Source: Bifidobacteriaceae bacterium | Lineage (GTDB): Bacteria; Actinomycetota; Actinomycetes; Actinomycetales; WQXJ01 | Reading direction: 5' to 3' | Assembly (NCBI GenBank): GCA_031281585.1 | Contig: JAITFE010000158.1 | Span: 3,477-67,476 of the forward strand | Length of the DNA: 64,000 bases | Part shown: one piece after another, positions 57,861 through 64,000 of the stretch | Layout of the letters: every line of letters begins with the position of its first letter | Position numbering within the stretch: the stretch's first letter is position 1 | Notes under the pieces: generated by a model | What the model saw: only the letters and a program-made list of their open reading frames with translations | What the model was told of the DNA's origin: nothing | The model's database searches: none | Position numbers and translations under genes: made by a program

Positions 57861-59954
57861 ATGACCCGCTCACAGCAAGGAATCGGCCCATCGACAGCCC
57901 TTTCGCTTGAAGCGCCGCAGCCCTCCGGAGCCGCCCCAGGCGCGAAGCTAAGGCTCCGAGCCAACACCATGTTCAGCTCGTCCGCTGCCGGTATCCGCTT
58001 CTCCAACACCGAGACGGTCCTTGAGATCGCCGGTGCGTCCGCCTACCGTGCCTTCAAGGCCATCGCGCCGATACTGGACGGCTCGTATTCGCGGCGCGAA
58101 CTCGCCCAGACGCTGGATCAGCGGACTTGGCAGAAGGTGGAGGCGTTTGTCGAGCCGTTGCTGGCACGGGGCTTCCTTCGCGAAATCGACCCGTGTCCGG
58201 ACGTCAGCCTCTCGCCCGATGACGAGGTGAGGTTTGCCGAGCAGCTCGCCTTCATCGCCCACTTCAAAGATGATCCGAAGCGTCGCTTTGTTCGCTTCCG
58301 CGACGCATCCATCGCCGTGGTCGGCGGCTGCCCGCTTGCTGCCTGGCTTGCCCGCGTGCTTGTCCAAAACGGCGCCCGGCGCCTGACCTATTACAGCCCC
58401 GGCGCCGCGCGCCCGGACGATCTGCCGGACTCAGTTCAGGTCCGATCGCTGGATCGCCTGGACCATGACGCGCCGGAGTGCCAGGTCCTGGTGCTGCCGC
58501 CCACACCTTGGGCGGCGCGGCGGCTGGCGCAGGCCGGAGACGGTTTTGGCGCGCCGGTGACTTTGCCGATCACAGCCTTGGGCGACAACCTCGTGATCGG
58601 CCCGATGTGGACCGCCGGTGACGATTCGGCCGCCACCTGGGCAGACATGATGGCGGCGCTGAGCGAGCACGATTCGGATGGGAGTGTCGCCCACTTCTGG
58701 GTCACCGCACTTGCGGGGGTAGAGACCGGCGCGACCGCGACAGGGCTACCTGCGGTCCAGCGGCTTGGAGCCTCCCTTGCCGCCATCGAGGTGTACCGGA
58801 ACCTGACCGAGATTTCTGAGCCTGAGACGGCCGCTTCGATCCTGGTCCTCGATTGCCTTCACGGTGAGGCCAAGCGTCACCGCGTGATCCCGCACCGGTA
58901 CATCCACCCGGCCGCCACCGGATCTATGAACAGGTGCCCGGCGTCGAGCCTGCCCGCACCTTCCGACGAAGTCTCCGGCAGGGTCGGACCAAGCTGGTCC
59001 AAGGCCTGCGCACAAGCGGTCGATCCTCTGACTCTTCCAATCATGCGATTCGACGATGGCGAGATCGAGCAATTGCCGCTCAAGGTGTCCGTGGCGGAGG
59101 TGGTGATGGGTGGCGGGAGACCACCGGTCACCATCGGCTCGGCCGATCTCTGGGATGTGGCCGGCGCTCGTGCCCGGGCTACCCGCCAGGCGCTGGCGCT
59201 GCGGCTCGAAACGTGGGCGCCCCCCGCCGCCTCGTGGGCCGAGGCGCGGACGGTCGATGGTCTCCTTCACGGTCGCACAACGCGCGACCAGGCCCACACA
59301 TCCAATCCCGTCCTGGCACGGGACCTCCTCACGGGCGAGAAAATCGCCGTGCCTTCCGGCGCCGTCGCCACCATGTCGAGCGCTAACACGCTGGGCGTCT
59401 TCGGCCGCTCAGCGCTCGGCTGCGGCATCGGACTCGACTACGACGAGGCGTTGGAGGGCGCCGTTTCCTCGGCCGCCGCGCGTCTAGGACTGATCGCGGC
59501 GGCCCGCGCGGGAGCGGCACCCCGCGCGACGGCATCGGACACCTCGCCTAAGAGCGTCTTCTTGCGCGACGCGGCCCAAAGGCTCGGCGTGGTTGTCGAA
59601 TCATTCGATGCCGGGTGCCACCTCGGCCGCCACGTCGTCATCTCGCGGTGCCGGCGCTCCGGGGTGACCGCCTGGGAGGCAGCCGCAGGCAGCGACTTGG
59701 CCGAAGCCTTGTGCGCCTCGCTCGTTGGGCTGATCGGCGCTGTGCAACGGGCCGCCAACGGAAAGGCCCCCGAGACCTGGTCGATGACGGCCGAGCCAGA
59801 GTTCGACCCGAACGGTTTGGCGACCGGAACGGCCCCTCTGGAAAAGGCCAATAGCCCCCGCGTGATTGTCTGCGACGTCACCAACCCGGAACTCGCTGCC
59901 CTCGGATTCGTGGCCGTCAAGGCCCTGACGGCGGACGGGGGCGAACCGCGATGA
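57861..59954 (+). CDS. E1/ThiF-like cyclodehydratase partner (ocin-ThiF-like) with N-terminal RRE-like wHTH and YcaO-like degenerate C-terminal half
   Basis: N-terminus IRFSNTETVLEIAGASAYRAFKAIAPILDGSYSRRELAQTL...VEPLLARGFLREI (RRE pattern). Rossmann-like IAVVGGCPLAAWLARVLVQNGARRLTYY. The C-terminal half has GCGIGLDYDEALEGAVSSAAARL but no E-x-x-ER motif. Assignment is by resemblance only. Confidence 0.65.
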   Translation: MTRSQQGIGPSTALSLEAPQPSGAAPGAKLRLRANTMFSSSAAGIRFSNTETVLEIAGASAYRAFKAIAPILDGSYSRRELAQTLDQRTWQKVEAFVEPLLARGFLREIDPCPDVSLSPDDEVRFAEQLAFIAHFKDDPKRRFVRFRDASIAVVGGCPLAAWLARVLVQNGARRLTYYSPGAARPDDLPDSVQVRSLDRLDHDAPECQVLVLPPTPWAARRLAQAGDGFGAPVTLPITALGDNLVIGPMWTAGDDSAATWADMMAALSEHDSDGSVAHFWVTALAGVETGATATGLPAVQRLGASLAAIEVYRNLTEISEPETAASILVLDCLHGEAKRHRVIPHRYIHPAATGSMNRCPASSLPAPSDEVSGRVGPSWSKACAQAVDPLTLPIMRFDDGEIEQLPLKVSVAEVVMGGGRPPVTIGSADLWDVAGARARATRQALALRLETWAPPAASWAEARTVDGLLHGRTTRDQAHTSNPVLARDLLTGEKIAVPSGAVATMSSANTLGVFGRSALGCGIGLDYDEALEGAVSSAAARLGLIAAARAGAAPRATASDTSPKSVFLRDAAQRLGVVVESFDAGCHLGRHVVISRCRRSGVTAWEAAAGSDLAEALCASLVGLIGAVQRAANGKAPETWSMTAEPEFDPNGLATGTAPLEKANSPRVIVCDVTNPELAALGFVAVKALTADGGEPR

Positions 59955-61585
59955 CCGCCACAACAATCCAAGTGGACAGGCCGACACCTGCCCCGGAGTC
60001 GTCTTGTGCCACGCTCACGCCGCTGGGCGAGGAATGGGCGGAACTGGCCCCAGGCCAGGCGGCGCGGCGGTACGCCGAGATGATCTTTCGCCGGGCCGAA
60101 CAGGGAATGCCCCTCCGCAAGTGGCAGATCGACTGGGCGGACGCCCCCTGGCCGCAGAAGTTCTACCCCGGAACCCAGCTTGTCGCCTTGCCTCGGGCCA
60201 CGGCACCAGGTGGCCTGGCCTCGGGTGGACCGGTCGCCATGGACCGCGCGCTTGGAGACCTCCTCTTCTACTCCTACGGAGTGATGGGGAGGCGCAGCCG
60301 AGTCAATTGCAACGAGTCCACATCGATGCTGGTGAACGCCGAGGAGGCCAGGTGGGCGCGAGGTGCGTCATCGGGTGGGGGCAGATACTGCGCGGGCGTG
60401 TACCTCGTGGTGGGACGCGACTTCGGTCTGGAGAGCGGGATCTACCACTATTCACCGATCCACCACGCTCTCGAGCGCCTCTCGTCGGGGGACTGGACAG
60501 GTCCCGTGGCGCATGCTCAGCGGTATCCCGCCGCGCAACAGTGCTACGTCATCCTCACCGTCAAGTACTGGCAGTCCGCCTTCAAGTACAACGACTTCGC
60601 CTGTCAGGCGACCAGCATGGACCTGGGAACTCTCACGGGGACATGGCGCTACGTGCTCGGGGAGGCCGCAGATCTCGTCCAGCCCGATCTGTGGGTGGAT
60701 GAGGCGTCGCTGGCGGGGATCCTCGACCTTGACTCCGGCGCGGAGGCCGTTTGTGCGGTCATGGGGATCGGGCCGGCCACCACCGCTGCGGTCAGTCCCC
60801 GACCGGGCGGGCGCCTGCCCCACGCCGACGAGCGTTCCCAGACGGTCCACTCGTTTGTCACCCAGCGGGCGCTCCAACGTGACGCGCTGGCAGAACGAGG
60901 AGTGCCGTCCGGCCTCGACCCGGTGTGGCCTGTACCCGAGTCTTTGACCGCCTCGCTGACGCCCGACCCAGCAGTCAAGGGGCGAATCAGCGACGTGTGG
61001 CGCCGCGAGACGTCTTTTGGGCGCTTTGACGGCGCTCCGGTCCGCGTCGAAGTGCTAATCGAATGCCTGGCTGAGGCAGACGCCGCCCAATCGGTGGTGG
61101 ACCGAACCTTCTCCGGCGCCACGGGGAGGGAAGTGGGTCTATATGTCATAGCCGAGGCCGTGGATGGCCTACCGAGAGGCTGCTACCGCTTCGATGCCGG
61201 CACGCGGGCGTTGCGCCGGGCGCACACCCGTGACGCCATGGCGATCTTGCTCCGGCGCTACTTCCTCAACAACTACGACCTCGAGCGAGCGGCGGCCCTC
61301 GTGGTCATGACTGCCAATCCGATCGGCCTTGGAGAGGCTTACGGCGTTCGCGGCTACCGCGCCATCAACACGGCCGCAGGCGCGGTTTGTCAGCATCTGC
61401 ACCTCGCATGTGCGCGGCGAGGAGTGGGCGCCGGAACGGCCCTCGGCTTCGACGCGGCCAGCGAGTTCGACGCGCTGGGGCTGTCAGGCCGGGACGCCAT
61501 TCCGGTGTTGACCATGTTCATTGGGCATGACCGGCTGGCCTCCGGGGCGCTTGACCTGTCCCTCGAATGCGGCGGGGAACGGTGA
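59951..61585 (+). CDS. SagB-type (nitroreductase-fold, FMN) azoline dehydrogenase
   Basis: ASSGGGRYCAGVYLVVG...GIYHYSPIHHALERL and a second lobe LYVIAEAVDGLPRGCYRFD...NTAAGAVCQHLHLACARRGVG. ATGA overlap with the preceding gene. Confidence 0.85.
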   Translation: MTATTIQVDRPTPAPESSCATLTPLGEEWAELAPGQAARRYAEMIFRRAEQGMPLRKWQIDWADAPWPQKFYPGTQLVALPRATAPGGLASGGPVAMDRALGDLLFYSYGVMGRRSRVNCNESTSMLVNAEEARWARGASSGGGRYCAGVYLVVGRDFGLESGIYHYSPIHHALERLSSGDWTGPVAHAQRYPAAQQCYVILTVKYWQSAFKYNDFACQATSMDLGTLTGTWRYVLGEAADLVQPDLWVDEASLAGILDLDSGAEAVCAVMGIGPATTAAVSPRPGGRLPHADERSQTVHSFVTQRALQRDALAERGVPSGLDPVWPVPESLTASLTPDPAVKGRISDVWRRETSFGRFDGAPVRVEVLIECLAEADAAQSVVDRTFSGATGREVGLYVIAEAVDGLPRGCYRFDAGTRALRRAHTRDAMAILLRRYFLNNYDLERAAALVVMTANPIGLGEAYGVRGYRAINTAAGAVCQHLHLACARRGVGAGTALGFDAASEFDALGLSGRDAIPVLTMFIGHDRLASGALDLSLECGGER

Positions 61586-61589
61586 CACC

Positions 61590-64000
61590 ATGCGCGTCAT
61601 AGCCGACGAGAGGGTTCAGTCCCGGACAGCGGGTTTGCCGGCGAGTGTGCTGCGCGGTCTGCGTTCAGCGGATTTCGAGGCGTGGGTAGCGGACGTTGAC
61701 GCGGCGGAGGAAGCTCTCAGCTCAGCTCTTGAGCGCGCCACGGACCAGCTCTTCGGGATCATCGGCAGACTCGAGGCCGGTTCCGACCGCAAGGCGTTGG
61801 TGGAAGCGCGCCGGCACTTGCACAACCGGCGCTTCGCCCAGGCCAAGGTCCGCGTCGATGCCGTGTCACCTGGGATTGCCGAAGAGGTTGCCGCCTTGTC
61901 CGCACCGGTCTTCGCGGCGGCCGACGAATTTGAGGCCGTGCGGGCGCGCGGCGAGCTGGTGGTGGGGGAATGGCTGCGCCGGGAGCGCTTGAACCTTGGC
62001 GAACTGCTGGACGAGGAAGACTTCGCGCGAGGACTGGGCGTGGCGGCACCGAGCGCCACCACCGGCCTCCTCTCATACCGGGCCGCTGCACGCCGCGGGG
62101 GAACGCTGTCAAAGAATCAGCGCAAGGCTGAGCGGACGCTTCTTCAATACGCGTGGCGGGCGGCCGCCAAGACCTCACCGTTCTCAAGCCTCACGCGCGT
62201 TGGCATAGCGCGGTGCTCCGGCGCTGCAAACGTGCCCGCATCTGGCGGGAGAGACTTTCCAGACCGGATTGATGTGTCTCGCGCCTCGGTTTACCCGATA
62301 GCGCTGGCCTTGGACTCGCTTTGGCACAACGAGAAAGCCGTCCTGGGAATGCGGGTGATGCCGGGCCAGGTGATAGGGGAGGAACCGGACGGCGCCGTGA
62401 TTGTCCACCGCTCGGAGTACGACTTCTCCGACGCCACCGGAGAATCCGACCAGGCGGCCGTTCTGGAGTCTCTGGTCCGCATAGTTCCCGGAGATCTTTG
62501 CGACACGGTAGCGGCGGCCCTGGAGCAGGGCGCCGCCACCGTGGGCGCAGTCGTGGATCGCATGCATGGCCAGGGTGTGCCTCAGGCGACAGCGTTGCGT
62601 GCGGTTCAAGAGCTGATCCGGCTCGGCTTCTTGGTTCTGCCGGACCTCCGCTTCCATCCGCACATTGGCGCCGAGGCGGTCCTCGAGAGCCTGCCCAGGG
62701 AGATTGAGAAGCTCGGGGACCAAGGCTTCCGCGACGCGGTCACTGGGTATGTGGAGGCCGCCGAGTCTTTGTCGAAGATCAGCGGACTCGCCGAGCGATC
62801 CCATGCCGTGGATGCGATCCGCGGCGCGGTCAAGCGGGTTTACGAGGTCTCCGGCTGCTCAGACGCGCCGGTTCCGCAGTCGGTTGTTTACGAGGACTCG
62901 GGCCTGGGTCAGGCGCCCGAACTGCCAAGCCCGCCTCTGGAGAATCCGGACTTGGGGAAGCTGTTCGCGTTGTCGGAGGTGCTGGACGAGAGTCAAGTGC
63001 CGAGGGCCATGCTGAGGGGATTCTTCTTAGGGATGTTTGGGGCGGACGGTCGATGCGAGAACGTTCCCGCGTTCCTCGACGCATTCAAGACGCAGTTGTA
63101 CAGCTCGCACATGGCTCGTGACGCCGCCAACTTGGACCGGGACCGCATTGAAGCCGATCCGTGGCTGAGATGGGGTGAGGCTTGGCGCTGGGAGAAGGCC
63201 CAGGGCGTACTTAGGGAGTTGGTTGCGGACGCCGTTCCCGTGGGCGGCGTCATCGACATTCGCGACGCTTTGGCCACGAGTGGCCCGGCTCTGCGGCTGT
63301 TGCCAGATGTTGTCTTCCCCTTCCGGCACCTCAACATATTCGCTCAGGTCCTTGGTCGGAACGGACTGGTGGTCAACAACGTGTTCGGCGGTCCTGGGTT
63401 TGGGCTCTCCCGCTTCGCCCATCTATTTGGGGACGATGCCGTCAGTTGCGTTCGGTCGGTAGAGGACATGGCGCTCGCGGCCGGAGTGACGTTGCACGAG
63501 TTGCTGGGTGGAGCCGCCGTAACGAATCTCAACCTCCATGGTCCGCTTCTCAGGTCGGAACTGCGCATGCCCGGAGATCCGTCAGGCTCGCGGGCCGAGC
63601 GTCAGACCAGCGTCTTCGATCTAGATCTCATCTACATCTCGGATCAGGGCCGGCTGGCCTTGGTGCACCGGCGCACCGGCGAAGAGGTCCTGCCCACTTA
63701 CATCGGTTACCTGGTGCCGTTCGCGACTCCGACATCTCATCAGCTGATGGGGCTCCTGGCGCCCCCGGTGATGTTCGGCTCCGGCGTCTGGGGTGGACCG
63801 GAAGGAAGCGACGAGGCCGGAGCCGTTGAGGTGAAAAGGCGCCCGCGGGTCGCGATAGGCGATCACCTCGTCCTCGAGCGTGCCACTTGGGAGGTTCCAG
63901 CCGAGCTAATGCCGTCGGCCGATCCGACGTCCCCAAACGGCCTGGTCGAGTGGTGCCGATGGTGGCGTGCGCTGGGCCTGCCAGAGACGTCCTTCATCAG
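61590..64000 (+). CDS. Lanthipeptide/thiopeptide-type dehydratase, LanB N-terminal (glutamylation) domain; 3' end outside window
   Basis: Not in the ORF track (no stop in window). Hand translation from ATG 61590 (4 nt after the SagB stop) stays open for 803 codons. Hallmarks are RKAERTLLQYAWRAAAKTSPFSSLTRVG and a C-proximal RRPRVAIGDHLVLERATWEV. Confidence 0.85.
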   Translation, partial: MRVIADERVQSRTAGLPASVLRGLRSADFEAWVADVDAAEEALSSALERATDQLFGIIGRLEAGSDRKALVEARRHLHNRRFAQAKVRVDAVSPGIAEEVAALSAPVFAAADEFEAVRARGELVVGEWLRRERLNLGELLDEEDFARGLGVAAPSATTGLLSYRAAARRGGTLSKNQRKAERTLLQYAWRAAAKTSPFSSLTRVGIARCSGAANVPASGGRDFPDRIDVSRASVYPIALALDSLWHNEKAVLGMRVMPGQVIGEEPDGAVIVHRSEYDFSDATGESDQAAVLESLVRIVPGDLCDTVAAALEQGAATVGAVVDRMHGQGVPQATALRAVQELIRLGFLVLPDLRFHPHIGAEAVLESLPREIEKLGDQGFRDAVTGYVEAAESLSKISGLAERSHAVDAIRGAVKRVYEVSGCSDAPVPQSVVYEDSGLGQAPELPSPPLENPDLGKLFALSEVLDESQVPRAMLRGFFLGMFGADGRCENVPAFLDAFKTQLYSSHMARDAANLDRDRIEADPWLRWGEAWRWEKAQGVLRELVADAVPVGGVIDIRDALATSGPALRLLPDVVFPFRHLNIFAQVLGRNGLVVNNVFGGPGFGLSRFAHLFGDDAVSCVRSVEDMALAAGVTLHELLGGAAVTNLNLHGPLLRSELRMPGDPSGSRAERQTSVFDLDLIYISDQGRLALVHRRTGEEVLPTYIGYLVPFATPTSHQLMGLLAPPVMFGSGVWGGPEGSDEAGAVEVKRRPRVAIGDHLVLERATWEVPAELMPSADPTSPNGLVEWCRWWRALGLPETSFI

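Overview
This is a visibly high-GC actinobacterial chromosome segment; GC content was not computed. All domain and family names come from motif recognition by eye, because no HMM or BLAST search could be run.

- 1-10 kb: an [FeFe]-hydrogenase catalytic subunit followed by an NMT1-type ABC transporter, two small strongly-RBS'd genes framed by a 52-bp direct repeat, and housekeeping-type genes.
- 9.6-24.3 kb: the conserved origin-proximal cell-division and signalling block. It runs ppiA, rhomboid, crgA, DUF881, class E sortase, L,D-transpeptidase, pknB, pknA, pbpA, rodA, pstP, fhaB, fhaA, tRNA-Leu(CAG).
- 24.3-34 kb: accessory-looking DNA. It holds a DUF4143 ATPase behind a 3 x 23-bp tandem repeat, an epimerase, an alpha/beta hydrolase, a GH65 phosphorylase, an orphan LuxR response regulator and a thrice-repeated 6-4-6 palindrome.
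- 34.1-47.7 kb: a single 4,535-aa LPVTG-anchored protein with five predicted clan GH-A catalytic domains, two bulb-lectin domains, Ig-like domains and Pro/Ser linkers.
- 48-53 kb: a lipoprotein and a persulfide-type operon (CsoR-family operator, CoA-disulfide reductase-rhodanese, His-less CsoR/CstR-like repressor).
- 53.1 kb to the window end: the most interesting locus, an unclassified RiPP gene cluster. It has a 28-aa candidate precursor absent from the ORF track, an RRE-M50 protease fusion, two MerR regulators, and YcaO, E1-like partner, SagB dehydrogenase and LanB-type dehydratase genes. A 22-bp MerR-type operator/promoter motif occurs three times in it. The cluster is cut off by the window end.

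Two DnaA-box clusters sit in convergent intergenic regions. Many long antisense or alternate-frame ORFs in the track are high-GC artefacts and were rejected.
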